DNA from: the human T2T-CHM13v2.0 reference genome, Homo sapiens
Assembly: GCF_009914755.1 (NCBI RefSeq)
Contig: NC_060934.1
Strand: one strand, 5' to 3'
Length of the DNA: 64,000 nucleotides
Shown here in pieces: positions 46,355 through 62,110 of the stretch. The translations under genes and the position numbers were made by a program. Each line of letters begins with the position of its first letter. The first letter of the stretch is position 1. The notes beneath the pieces are model-generated. The model did no database searches and had not been told where the DNA came from. It saw only the letters and a program-made list of their open reading frames with translations.

Positions 46355-46972
46355 CTTTTTTTTTTTTTTTTTTAAAGAAACAAAGTCTTGCCTTGTTATC
46401 CAGGCTCTGGAGTGTGGTGGTTGTGACCTTGGCTTGCTGCAGCCTCAACCTTCTGGGCTCAAGGAATCCTCCCACCTCAGCCTCCTGAGTAGCTGGGTCT
46501 ACAGGCACACAATACCAAGCCCAGCTAATTTTTTTTTTTTTTTTTTTGGTAGACGGAGTCTTGCTCTGCTGCCCAGGTTGGAGTGCACTGGTGCGATCTC
46601 AGCTCACTGCAACCTCCATGTCTGGGTTCAAGCAATTCTCTCTGCCTCAGCCTCCCGAATAGCTGGGATTACAGGCACCTACCACCACACCTGGCTAATT
46701 TTTGTATTTTTTAGTAGAAACAAGGTTTTGCCATGTTGGCCAGGCTGGTCTTGAACTCCTGACCTCAGGTGATCTGTCCACCTTGGCCTCCCAAAATGTT
46801 GGTATTACAGGCTTCAGCCATTGCTCTCAGCCCTGGCTAATTTTTTAATTTTTGTAGAGACAGGATGTCACTATGTTGCCCAGGCTGGTCTCAAACTCCT
46901 GGCCTCAAGTGATCCTCCCACCTTAGCCTCCTAACGTGTTGGGTTTACAGGCATGAGCCACCATGTCCAGCC
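46355..46972 (-). mobile_element. Nested Alus: AluS-like (46529-46832) in the linker of an AluJ-like element
   Basis: Right arm, full Alu, left arm, with gctaattttt repeated at the junctions. Confidence 0.9.
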
Positions 46973-47772
46973 AGCCAGCTCTTCTGTATCTTAAAAAGCA
47001 CCCTAGACGGGGCAGTACTACCCCAGTTGAGCTGGGTATGGAGGCCACATGAAGGGTGTTCTTAGGAGAAGGAGCTCAGGACTGGCTCAGAGCTGCTGCC
47101 GGGTACAGCAGGGCTGAGCCCTGGCCAGAGTCACCCCAGCCCTCCTGGCCAAGGAACTTTGAGCAGAAAATCATTAAGTAGCTGCTTCCTTGCCTCTCAG
47201 AGGTGTCCCACCCGCTTCTCACTCATTCTGTCCGTGGAAGTACATTGCTGATCACAGACTGTGTGGGGACAGGGGAGGAGGAGGAGGAGAGAGGGCCCTT
47301 CTTGGGATGGGGGGACAGAAGAGGGAAGTATGTCTGCTGGCTTACCCAGATGGCCTTCTTTAGCCTTGTTGCCCTAGAATGCCATCCTGGCTGCTCCAGC
47401 GGTTGGGGTAAGGACGGAAAAGGGAGAACGTTGACAGGCGAGGTTGCTAGGATTAAGATGATGGCAGGTCCACATGCTCTTGGCTTTCACCTTCATCCTT
47501 CCCACTTGGCTTGCCCCAGCCCCTGCCTGGTGTCTGCTGAGAGGCTGATGTTCTCCAGGGCATGGGGCAGTCCAGAGTATGTGTGTCCAAGTATGGGTGT
47601 CCAGGTGCCCCTGAGAGGGAGGGGAGGAGGCACTCTGGCCCAATCAGGGTAGAATGAGGCTGTAAGGATATTCTAGCTGATTCATTTCATGTATTGGTGC
47701 CTGCTCTGAGCTAGGCATGGTGCTGGGTATGGAGAATTGAGAGGTGAGTACTGGGCATGGTCTCTGCCCTGA

Positions 47773-48222
<450 letters not shown>

Positions 48223-50221
48223 TAAACACATTCTTCCCGAAGGGAGAAGGTCTGGCAGGTACCAAGCACAGGCACAAAGTCAGGCCTGTGCTTGGTTCCT
48301 GGTGGAAGGGCTGGTGGCCACTGATTCAAACATCAGAACCCAAGTGTATCATGGAGATTGTTTTGCCCTACCTGCTTTCTCATCTCAGGTCCCCTTGGCC
48401 CCAGAGTGGGAAAGTGACCTGCCCAAGGTCATACAGCTGGATTGGACCAAGCAGTAACAAGATCCCCAGGCTCTGACCTTGCAGGATGATGCTCTTAGGA
48501 GCTGCTGGAAGCTGACTCCAGAGGAACACCTGAGGGGGACAAGTGCTGGCCCTAAATGTGATGCAGATGCTCCTCTGCTTAGAGTGTGACGCCTGAGGGG
48601 AGTCACTGAAGAGCCTTAAACAGAAGAGTGACAGGATCACTTAGATGTGCTAGTAGGCTCTTGGGGCAAGAGATGGGGAGGGGTGGAGAGGGGCCAGGCA
48701 GGAGTCCACTGCAGTCCTTTATGCAAGGAGAGAGGTGTGGCTTCTGTCAGAGTTGGGCAGGCGAGCAGATTGACTCGGGAGATACTTTAGAAGGTCAACT
48801 TGAAGCTCTGGAGGTGGGTCCAGGAGAGGGAGCTGTTGGGGAGCTGCTTGTGCCATCTCTGAATCCTGACATCTGTGGCAGTGGTCAACATGCACCTGGG
48901 GGCTCTGTGGAAGGTCAGGGTGTGCACACTTGGGACCTGTGCTCCTGCCGTGGGTGTGAGGTTTTACAGCCAGGAAGAGAGACAGGTGAGCAGGCTGGGC
49001 AGGCTCTGAGCTGTGGTTCCATCCCTACCCCTTGGGACACCATCAATCATTAATGTCCTCTCTGCCTGTCACAGGTGGCTCCCAGGAGGGCAGAGGCAGC
49101 ACCTGCGGTGTGATGTGCACCTGGCTTCTTTTCTGCCAGGGACCTGCAGCCCTGCCCCAGCCAGGCTCTCTCAGGTGGCTCGCCTCCCTGTAGGTTCCAG
49201 TTCCCAGCCACACACACACAAGCCCCTGAAAGGTGGCCATAAATCAGCCGGGACAGGCCAAGGTTGCTCTGGCTTTCCCAGAGTGGAGATCAAAGCCCCA
49301 GACCCCCACCCTGGGGCTCAGCACTTATTAAATTATAAAACTGTCAAGGGATGGACAAGCAAGAGGGACTGGATGGATGGCCCTGTAGTAAAACAGAATG
49401 CGGAAGAGCAGCTGAGAACCAGGCAACAGCTGGGAAAGTGGGGAGAGGAGGAAACGCCTGTTTGTCTCCGCCCCTGGGCTTGGGGACTTCTCACAGGGTC
49501 AGGTCCCTCGAATTTGAAAAGCATGTAACCAACCCCTCTCCCCTCCCATGACAGAATTCACAGCACACTTTACAGAGGAGACACTGAGTCCGAATTGCCA
49601 CAGGACCGTGAAAGTCCGATCTTCCAAATCTCACTCAGATTCTTCCTGGGTCTCTTCATGGGACCTCTTTGAATTAGCATTAGGGTGACATCCATTTGCG
49701 ACTCTCATCCTCAGGATACAGCTAGGACCTCTTTCTGTCTCTGAGCGCCCTGACTTCTCTTCCAGCCCCGAGGGACAAAGGCAGACCTTGGACTCAATGG
49801 AGTGCCAGCCCTGTCTGGGTGGACAGACTTTCTCACCCACCCCTCCGCAAGTCCCATGCAGGAAACCCCCTCTTTGGAGGGCTGAGAGGGCTTAGCCAGT
49901 GCCTGAGAGGGGCAGAAGGGGTTTTCCCTTTCTGAGGCTGGCGTTTGCAGATCTGTGGGACTGAGGAGACCAGCCAGACATGCAGACCCTGATGTGGGCC
50001 CAGGGTTTGGAGGAAGCGGTTGGGATAGGTCATGAGGGAGCAGAATGCCACTCACATGAAAGTTTCGGCCTCAGAGGGCAGCCCGCCAGGAAACTAGGGC
50101 TCTGTGTGCATGAGGGAGTCCTGCCTCCTTCACAGCAAAATGTGAAAGAAGCTGTTTTAGGGATCTTGGGTTTCCTCATCTGATCCCCCAAGTTGAGGTT
50201 GTGTTAAAGAAACCAAATACA

Positions 50222-50560
50222 GGGTCAGCTGCGGTGGCTCATGTCTGTAATCCCAGCACTTTGGGTGGCTTTGGCTTAGCTTCACCTCCTTAGCACGAGG
50301 CTGAGGCGGGTGGATCACCTGAGGTCAGGAGTTCGAGACCAGCCCGGCCAACACGGCGAAAGCCCATCTCTATTAAAAATACAAAACAATTAGCTGGGTG
50401 TGGTGGCGCACACCTGTTAGTCCCAGCTACTCAGGAGGCTGAGGCAGGAGAATCACTTGAACCCAGGAGGCAGAGGCTGCAGTGAGCCGAGATCGCACCA
50501 CTGCACTCCAGCAGCCTGGGTGACAGAGCAAGACTCTGTCTCAAAAAAAAAAAAAAAAAG
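50222..50560 (+). mobile_element. Alu with a ~26-nt non-Alu insert; TSD aaagaaaccaaatacag
   Basis: Alu consensus; direct repeat on both sides; insert at 50271-50296. Confidence 0.92.
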
Positions 50561-50576
50561 AGAAAGAAACCAAATA

Positions 50577-50965
50577 CAGTTGTGTGTGGCTTAACAATGG
50601 GGACACATTCTGAGAATTGTGTTGTTAGGCGATTTCGTCATAGGGGAACAGCGCAGAGTGCACTTACACAAACCTAGATGGTGTAGCCTCCTGCACATCT
50701 AGGCTATGTGTTGTGGCCTATTGTTCCTTGGCTACAAACCTATATAGCATTACTGTGCTAGATACCGCAGGCAGTGGTAACACAAGGGTAAGTATTTATG
50801 CACCTAACCATAGAAAAGGTAACATAATGCATTGCACGATGATGTTATCATGGCTACGACATCACTGGGTGATAGGAATTTTTCAGCTCCGTCATAATCT
50901 TATGGGATCACTGTCTTATGTGTGATCTGTCATTGAACGAAATGTCATTGTGCGGCTCATTTCTG
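50577..50965 (+). mobile_element. Tigger3/MER7-like Tc1-mariner MITE
   Basis: TA|cag...ctg|TA ends, degenerate TIRs, ggggacacattctgagaattgtgttgttaggcgatttcgtca. Confidence 0.85.
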
Positions 50966-53821
50966 TATAAGAAGAGGCCAGATCGGCTTTTGAAGAGAGA
51001 GCTCCCTCCCCAAGATTCAGGACTTTTTCTGAAAGTGGAGGTTTTCTGTCTGGTGCTAAGGTTCTCAGTTCCTGAGGCATGAGGTGGTATTTTGGGGTGA
51101 AGGTGCTATTTCTGCAGGCAAGATTTTGGGCTGATCTTGAGGCTCCCATTTGGGAGTATGGGTTCCAGGTTGAGGATGAGGGTTCCATTCCTGGAGGGCA
51201 GGTTTCCGTTTCAGGGTCCAGGATTTGTGATTGTGTTTCAGTCTTGTGGTCAAGAGTCCATTTTGGAGCTCAGTATTCTGGAATTGGGTTGAGATTCTCT
51301 CCCTGGGTGGGGTTTGATGATCAGGGTGGAGGTCTTGTACCCTGGGAGGAAGGGAAGAGCTAGAACCTCCTTCCTCTTCTAGAGGAGACTTCCTGGGGCC
51401 ATCAGCAGATGAAGGGGCCGGTGGAGCAACCTCTGAGCTGACACCTGGGAGGCCCAGGCTCCAGCCCTGGCCTTGGTGTAAGACTGTTTGTGGGTAAGTC
51501 ACTTATAAGCTCTAGGTCTCTGGCTGCAAGCTTTGGCCGGACAGTGATGTTGACTCACAAAGCACCATCCATGTTCACTTGAGCTTCCCAAAATGACACT
51601 AATGGTGGGCTCCGTAGACACCCACGGCCACTGCTTTGCTTGGTGAGTCAAATCCATGGTGACAGGACTCAGGCTGCCCTGGGCACTGCCAGCTTGGTCC
51701 AATTAGTGCCAATTGGATCTTAACGTGTGCTGAGCGGCCCCTGGGGAGAGTGAGCACACATCGAGTGGGACATGTTAAATCTGGGTCCCTGGGGCTTGGC
51801 ATGTGGCTCTGTGGGGCGGGAGATGGGCCAGGTTGGGCCAACAGCCCCCCTCCTTGTAGGCCAGCTCTTACCTAGGCCAGGCAGTGGGCAAAGACATGTG
51901 GCAAGCCAGGTTCTGAAGGGGCCCAGCTGTCTCCCTTGTGCTGTGCTGAGGGGCTGAGACCCAGAGGGGCTGTTCTTCACCCCTGGCTGGGCTGACCCCT
52001 GCCTGAGAAACATCTGTGTCTATATAGGACTGCCACCCACACCCCTCCTCTGTTTCTCTCTTGCTACCTCCAATGTGGATCCTTCTCTTGGAGAGCTAAA
52101 GTTGCTGGGAAGAAAAAGTTCCATTCCATTTGTCCTGGGCTTTGAGCTCTGGGAAGCCCTCTTCCTTCCCAGGTGTTGCTCAAGACCCCCCTAGAAGTTT
52201 CTCAGGCAGGCGGTCTTGGCCTTATTTCCTGGATGTTTCCAGGCCACCCCCCGCCGCTGTTTCCCATTTCCACTGCCCAGGTCACACCATTGCCAGTGGG
52301 CCTTGAATGGGGGGGCTCCTGACTTGGCCTCTTAGCCCGCATCCACCCTGCTGCAGGTGGACTTCCCCATCTCAGAGGCCCTCCTTTGTTTTACCAAAAC
52401 AGGCGACAGGATAGGAGTGAGTGGGGGACATGCTTTCCAGGTCTAGGGCAATCTCTTCTGTGCTCTGAAAGGACATCTTTGGGATAGAGTCCTTTCCCTG
52501 AAGTGCAGGAAACTCAGGCACTTGAGAAGAGGGGGAACTTTCTCCACCAGCCAGTCTGTCCCAGGGACACAGGGGGAGCTCTGGGTCTGCAGGGACCCCC
52601 AGGCCCCCTCTCTTGGCCTGGCCATGGAACCTGAGAGGCTGAGAGGCCTGGGGGTCCCACTGGGCTATGGAAACCCAACCCACATGCTGACGCTGGTGCA
52701 GCCCAGCAGGCCTCTGGAATTCTCCAGCAGCATCTGAGGGGACCTGGGGTGCAAGGAGGGAAGAGGAAAGGTAGGCAGGATAGAATGCACTGTAGCCAAG
52801 GCATAGACTCTGGAATTGGACTTTGTCTTGGCTCCCTGGGCCTCAAAGCTTAACTTCTCCATGTCCTAATTCCTTATTTGAGGTAATGCTTGACTAGTAA
52901 TAAAAGCATAATAAATATTAGCTATGGTTGCCATCGTTGGGCTCATCCTTCAGGTCTTGGCTTAGCTTCGCCTACTCTAGGAAGCTTTCCCTGACCACCG
53001 GGTGGGTTAGATGGCTTCTGCTGTCCCTCTCTGGCTGCCCTGGGCTTCACCATCCTCGCACTGATCACACTAGCTGCCAGGCCTGTTTGCTTGTCTGTAT
53101 TTTTTACTGTCTCTCTTGCTTACTGCTGTATCACCACCACCAGTGCCTGGCACACACAGTAGGCACTCAACTATGTTTTGAAATTAATGCAAGAATGGGC
53201 TGATTCTGGGGAATTCAAACTTTTCTTCTATGGGCTCTTCAGGGCTGCCGCAGCCACATCCAGTTAGTTCTCTGCTGAAATGACATTTTCTGAATACCAG
53301 GCTCTGGGGCCCAGACAAGAGCAAGATGGAACCATTGCTTCATTCATTCATTCATTCATTGATGGCACAGATGTTCTTTGGGTGCTCTTTAGGTGTCAGG
53401 CCTTGTGCCAGGCTCTGGAGACAGACATGGTTCTGCCCTCATAGAACTTGTGCTGCTGATCACTTGGGCAGAGGGAGGTCAGAAGTCAGAGGAGAGAGTG
53501 GTCAGTTAGGCTGAATGGAATCAGGGAGAACTTCCAGGAGAAGGGGTTTGCTTTGAAGAATGGTGGAGAAGTTTGGATGGACAGAGAGGGGCTTTCTCTT
53601 GGGAGTGGGCAAGGAGCTGATGGAGGAGATGGAGCCACCTATGTGTAGCCATGAGGCAAGGCTGACCAGTGACAGTGTGGCCTGAGGCTGTGCAGCCAAC
53701 CCACAGGACTCAAAAGCTGTGGGGACCATTGGTCCTGGCTCTGCCAGCCACAGATAGGTGACCTTGGGCAGGGCACTTCTCTGTCCCTCCAAGTAGTTTA
53801 GTCATTTCTAAGATGGGAACT

Positions 53822-53955
53822 GGCTGGGTGAGGTGGTTCATGCTTGGAATCCCAGCACTTTGGAAGGCTGAAGTGGGTGGATTGCTTGAGCCCAGGAGTT
53901 CAAGACCAGCCTGGGTGACATGGAGAAACCCCATCTCTACCAAACAAACATAAAA
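53822..53955 (+). mobile_element. FLAM/Alu left monomer
   Basis: Single Alu arm. Confidence 0.85.
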
Positions 53956-55400
53956 AGGACGGGAGCTGTGCTGCTCGGCAGTTTCCCCAGCGCCCGCAGG
54001 GTTGGGCTGGGCTCAAGGGCAGGTATGTGTGGAGGGAGGCTTGTGTGGGAAAGGGGAGGGCTTCAGGTGTCTCTGTTTTGTAAATAATTAAATTCTTATC
54101 TTAAGCTAGTTGTGTCCACACTGAGGGAGGCAGGAGGGGGACTGGGAACAAGGTGCTGTGTTGTCCAGGAAGTGGCTGGGTCCCTTCTCTCCCCTCTTCC
54201 CTCCCTCCTGGCCTCCCAGTCAAGGCAGGTGGTGGGGGCCCCTAGGGTCTTCTCGTCTCTGGCTGCCTCACTCCTTCCCCGTCTTTCTCTCTCCCTCTAC
54301 CTTCTCATTTCTGGTTCCCTGTCACATTCCCACCTCTACGACATAAAGGACCCCCTGCCCCTCTCCATTGACACCCCCCCAGGCCACCATGGCCACCATC
54401 ACCCGGTGCCCACCCGGCTTTGCTGCCTGCTGAAGTCTTGCTCGCTCCCCAGCAGCCCTCCCTGGCAGCCCCCAGGTCTGCTGAGCCTCTCGGGAGGCCT
54501 CAGGGGAGCACTGGCCTCTCCCTTGCCCCAGTGCTCCAGAGACAAGCAGGCACATTTTCATTTTTAGTGCTTACTACTGGGAATGTGAAGGTCTGTTTAG
54601 TCTTGTCCAGCTAACATAAACCAGCCGGAACTGGGCCGTGGCAGGGAACTTTGCTGTAGTTCCCTTATTTGGAATGAAATTCATTGTTTTTCACTGGGAG
54701 GCATTGGGGGCTTTGGGGAGGCCCCACTGGGCCCTGCCCCAGGGTGTGGCCTGAGTGGCCTCTCCAAGGCTCACTGAGGTGCCTGTGCCACAGAGGCTAG
54801 CCCTGGGATACCTCAGCCCCTGCCAGGTTCACAGACTGCGGACAGCCGCGAGCCACGCCTAGTGCCTCAGGAATGGAGAGTGTCTGGGGTCATGTCCAAC
54901 TCTGTCAGTTCACAGAGGAGAAACTGAGGCTCACAGAGGAGCAGGGACCTACCCAGACTCACAGGGCAAGTTGAAGCAGGTGGAGGTCTAGAACCCAGGG
55001 CCCCTGGTCCTCTGGTTCTCAGACCTCTATACTGTGGGGCCAGGGTGCCTCTGGCCTAGGAGCTGGTGAGGGTGGGGGGTGGGAGGACAGGGGTGCGGAT
55101 GAATCTGGCTGGAGTGGTCTGCAGCTTGGGAATCCCCCAAGGCCTCTGGGGCAGGCTAGTGTGAGGCCTGGGGCAGTGAGGCCGGGGGAGGGCTGTGGGA
55201 GAGGAGGAAGGGGAGGTGAGAGGAGAGGGAGAGGTGTCCAAGAGGCTGGGGGAGCTGGATCCGGCCCTGACCCCGCTGTTGTCAGTGTGACTTTAGCCTT
55301 GGTTTCCCCCATCTGTCCCAGAGGCTCAGTCTTTTTACTTTTTCTCTTTCTTTTTGCACCTCTCCCAGGAGGTCTCCTGGATGAACTGAGTTGGGGATGT

Positions 55401-55660
55401 TTCTTTTTCTTTTTTTTTCTTTTTTTTGAGACAGAGTCTTGCTGGAGTGTAGTGGCACGATCTTGGCTCACTGCAACCTCCGCCTCCTGGGGTTCAAGCA
55501 ATTCTCCTACCTCAGCCTCCCAAGTAGCTGGGACTACAGCATGCGCCACCAAGCCCAGCTAATTTTTTTTGTATTTTTAGTAGAGATGGGGTTTCACCAT
55601 GTTGGTCAGGATGGTCTCGATCTCTTGACCTTGTGATCTGCCCACCTCGGCCTTCCAAAG
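55401..55660 (-). mobile_element. Alu (AluSc-like, 5'-truncated)
   Basis: Reverse Alu consensus. Confidence 0.9.
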
Positions 55661-56239
55661 GGAGTGTTTCTTACCTGCCATGGACCGCGTCCCCGGGCTG
55701 GTTACTATCCCTCTCTGTGCCCAGGCTCCTTTCCTTGTCAAGTGGAGTGTGGACTCTCCTTGAGGCCTCTGCTCTCTGACCCCTCCTGCCCCAGCCTGGG
55801 CCATCTGCCCCTGGGCTTCTCTTCACTCTAGACTCCTGAGTCTGCAGGGTCTGGCCCCTCAGACCCAAAAGTTTGTCTGGGGAAGTCCTCCTGCTCAGAC
55901 CCCCAGCCCTGCAGAGAGGGCAGGGCTGGTGGGGAACAGAGGGAGTAGCCCCTGGCACTGTGGCAAGGGAGTGAGATTGACAGGCAGATCTTGGGTTCAA
56001 ACCTTGACTCTGACACTTATTAACTAGGCTATTAATTTGGGGCAGCTACTTCAAAACCCAGGGACCCTAAGGGCCCCATACGTAGGATAGGGAGTGGGGC
56101 AGGAAGCATGCATGCCCAGGGCCACCGACAGGGGTGTGCTCAACTCTAGGTGCCTCAGGCCAGCCTTGGGGCTCTCTCTGGACAGCCCCCTCTCCCCATC
56201 CACCTCACCACCCTGTGGCCTTAGTTCTATCTCAGTCTA

Positions 56240-56566
<327 letters not shown>

Positions 56567-57165
56567 TCAAGTGTGTGTTTAGATATTCTTTCCAGAGGAA
56601 GTTCCCCACTTCACATCCTTTAAAATAACTTCTCATTTACTCACTTATTCTTTTCACAGGAAACGCACAGCTGGGACGTAGGAGGCTGTAACTGACCAGT
56701 GTGGGACTGGAAAAGGAAAGAGAGATGTTAGAAAGTGTGGGCCTGGGGAATCCTAACTAGAAGGCCCCTGGTGCTGGGGAAATTAGGGCAGGAGATGCTG
56801 CATTGTTTACTATGAAAATTCCAGTCACTGCTCTTTTAGCAGTCATGCTAGTACATTAGCCAAGGCTGTTTATAAAGGTATAGTAAACTTTCACTTCTGC
56901 AAGGTCAGTGAGACTCTCATTTGCAAAAGATCATCTTGTTGCCAAGAACAAATCACCACCTAGTGAAACATTTAGCTCAGCCATGAAAGTGAAAGCAGAT
57001 GACGAATGAACTAGTGTCCACACAGACCCTAGGTGTCTCTGGGCAGTAGGAGCTATTGAAAGTTTTAGATTTGCTTTTTGGAAAGATCGTGCTGGCTACC
57101 CTGTGGAGGATGGAGTTAAGAGGGACAAGTTGGAAGACCACTTATGAAGGAAGTGAAGTTGTCTA

Positions 57166-57749
<584 letters not shown>

Positions 57750-58106
57750 TCAGAAGAGCCCTGAGATATCCTGGGGGAGACGCTGGGTTGGCAACTCCAT
57801 GTGTGAGCTTGAATCTCAGAAGAGAGATCAGGGCCACAATGAGTTGTCAGCAGTGGGTGTCACTTAAACCATGAGAGTGGTTGAAATATCACAGGGTGGA
57901 CAGAATGAAACCATGAAGAAGGTGTGGGAGAGGTACAAGGAGAATCAGGAAAGGTCAGAGGGCCAGAGAGGCCAAGGGAGCAGAGTTTAGAGGTATGATA
58001 TGGCACAGTGCAGTGGTTCTCTAAGGGCCTACGAATTGCCTGGAGAGCTTGGAAAAATGTAGATTCCTCCTCAGGGGACCTGGAATAACCAGTAGGATTC
58101 TGGAAG

Positions 58107-58724
<618 letters not shown>

Positions 58725-60133
58725 TGAGCCCCAAGACCCACAGCTCTGACCTCATTTACTCAACACAATGGCTTTGTGAGCTAGGAGCTAGGTGGGTCAG
58801 CCTGAGGGGCTGGTTTCCGTAGTGAGTCCTCTCCTGCCCACATCTGGCCTTTGCCTGAGCTGGCCCCAAATTTCATCTCCTCTGTGTCTCCTCTGAGTTG
58901 ATAGGACTGGAAGCCCCTGGCTGTCTGTAATCAAGTCCACAAAGGTTCATGAGTCAAATCAGAAGTCAATGTACTGTTTCCCAAAGAGAAATTTTCTGTC
59001 AGATGGACTTCCTGGCACCTTCTCCCCTGCAGCAGCTCTTTGAGTGCTGGGTGAACTTGCTCTAGGCCTGGCAAGTTGAGAACACAGTCTGAGAGTTCAA
59101 TGCCTATGGGCTCTGAGCCTTGCCCAGGCCACTTCACCAACAGGGAAATGCCTGCCAGGAGGACCCAACACTTGGGCCTGGCAGGCCACCATCTCCCTGG
59201 CTCTGCTCCCGTGGGCCTCACCGCAGTGTGCCTCAGTGACATCCCCTTTTCACCGATCTTTGGCATCCAATGAACACATCTTTTCTTCACCTCCAGCCAG
59301 GTATCCTTTATGTCTCTTGAGGGTAACTTTGCATGCCCTGATCCATGAACAGTCAATTTCCTAGACTGAAATTTGGGAAAGCTTATTGCCAAGAGCCATG
59401 GACTGGGAGTACCTTATTTTGCCCCTTTCTCCACTTACTGCCCACACAGTTTCAGGAAGGAAGCAGTGGGTTAAGTAAATGATGACGTCTATTCACAGGA
59501 ATACCTTGCAGCTTTACACATTAATGAGGTACCATGATTTAAAAAAAAAGTCTACTATATTATTAAAAGAGCAAATTGTGTAATATGTATAGTATGGGCC
59601 TGTTTGCATTTAGAGTGCTACATTTTTCCTTCCCCCTCTTCCTCTCCCTTCCCTTCCCTCCCTCTCTCTCCCTCTTTTCTTTCATTCCTTTCTTTCAACC
59701 AGTATTTAGTCAATGCCTACTGTGTGCCAGGCACTGTTCTAAGTACTAGGATACAGCAGGGAACAAGTCCTCTGTCTCATGGAATTATATTCTTATGAAG
59801 AGAGACAGATTTTTAAAACCCAAAAACATGACATATGGATGTCAGATGATGAAAAATGCCCTGGAGAGAAAGAAACCATGAGTGAGGCAGATACAGGGAT
59901 TATGAGTTGGGGGGTCTGGGGAACAGCACTTTGAATAGGTTGGGCCAGAGAAGACCTGATGGCATTTGCAGGAGGTGAGGGAGTGAGCAGTGCAGGTATC
60001 TTGGGGAACAACTCTATTCTGTGGTTCCATACCTTGATATCTACCTGTGCATCTAGTTATCACTCAGACATATTTACTTTGTTTGTTTGTACACACACAG
60101 ACCAAGGCTGAGTGGATACCCACCCAACTGTTA

Positions 60134-60723
<590 letters not shown>

Positions 60724-61074
60724 CTATGTCTAGAAAAGGTTAAATTTTGTTTCCTTCTCATATTCTTCCCCTCAGTGCCCAGGCAGGGCTAGGTATCCAG
60801 AAGTGCATAATATAACCACAGTGGAGTCCTGGGCTCACCTGCCTTGGTGCAAGTCCCTGGGAGTCAGTGCCTGGGCTCCACATCGTATGCATCTGAGGGC
60901 TGGTCAGGTCTAGTTCCCTCCATAGAGATTAAGGAACCCCTTAAGGGCTTATCCAGAAGATGCCAAATCTCCCTTGAGCCTGTTGTTTTGGGCCACCTGT
61001 CCTGGACATCACATTACACCATCGTCATCACTTTTGTCACCATTTTAAACTCTACTACCATCACCAGCAATAGT

Positions 61075-61391
61075 TTTTTTTTTGTTGTTGTTGTTTCTTT
61101 TTTTTTTTCGAGACAGGGTCTTGCTTTGTTGTCTAGGCTGGAGTACAGTGGCGTGATAATGGTTTATTGCAGCCTTGACCCCCCGGGGCTCAAGCAATTC
61201 TCCCACTTTAGCCTCTGAGTAGCCGAGACTACAGGCATGTACCAGCATACTCTGGCTAATTTTTAAATTTTTTTTAGAGATGGGTCTTACTATGTTGTCC
61301 AGGCTGGTCTCACACTCCTGGCCTCAAGCAATCCTCCTGCTTCAGCCTCCCAGAGTGCTGGGATAACAGGTGTAAGCCACTGCTCCTGGCC
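61075..61391 (-). mobile_element. AluJ-like
   Basis: Reverse Alu consensus. Confidence 0.9.
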
Positions 61392-61514
61392 CAGATAGTT
61401 GCTTTAAAAACAGTTTATTGCTTAAATTTTTATAAAGGTAACATATACTTTTAGGAAAATCCAAGAACATATGAAGGAAAAAATAAGAACTCACTTATAA
61501 ATGATTAAAGTCAG

Positions 61515-61949
61515 TGTCACGTGCGTCCGTGTGAAGAGACCACCAAACAGGCTTTGTGTGAGCAATAAAGCTGTATATTTCACCTGGGTGCAGGCGGGCT
61601 GAGTCTGAAAAGAGAGTCAGTGAAGGGAGATACGGGTGGGGCCATTTTATAGGATTTGGGTGGGTAGTGGAAAATTACAGTCAAGGGGGGTTTTTCTCTT
61701 GCAGGCAGGGGCGAGGGTCACAAGGTGCTCAGTGGGGGAGCTTCTGAGCCAGGAGAAGGAATTTCACAAGGTTAATCACTCAGTTAAGGTGGGGCAGGAA
61801 CAAATCACAATGGTGGAATGTCATCAGTTAAGGCAGGAACCGACCATTTTGACTTCTTTTGTGATTCTTCACTTGCTTCAGGCCATCTGGATGTTTACGT
61901 GCAGGTCACAGGGGATATGATGGCTTGGCTTGAGCTCAGAGGCCTGACA
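61515..61949 (-). mobile_element. HERV-H 3' LTR (LTR7B-like), 435 bp
   Basis: TATAAA intact (61651-61646); poly(A) signal position reads AATATA (61579-61574). Confidence 0.93.
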
Positions 61950-62110
61950 TTCCTGTCTTCTTATATTAATAAGAAAAATAACATAAAATAGTGTCGAAGT
62001 GTTGGGGCAGGGAAAATTTTGGGGGGTGGTATGGAGAGATAATGGGTGATGTTTCTCAGGGCTGCTTCCAGCGGGATTAGGGTTGGCGTGGGAACCTACA
62101 GTGGGAGAGA

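Noticed and set aside
47229-47254. Split REST/RE1-like site (TCAGCA...CCACGGACAG, minus strand)
   Set aside because: Left half lacks ACC and the spacing fits neither canonical nor usual non-canonical RE1.
58931-59392. 153-aa minus-strand ORF in intron 1
   Set aside because: TTG start, no recognisable protein; sequence looks like an ancient LINE (CR1/L3-like) remnant.
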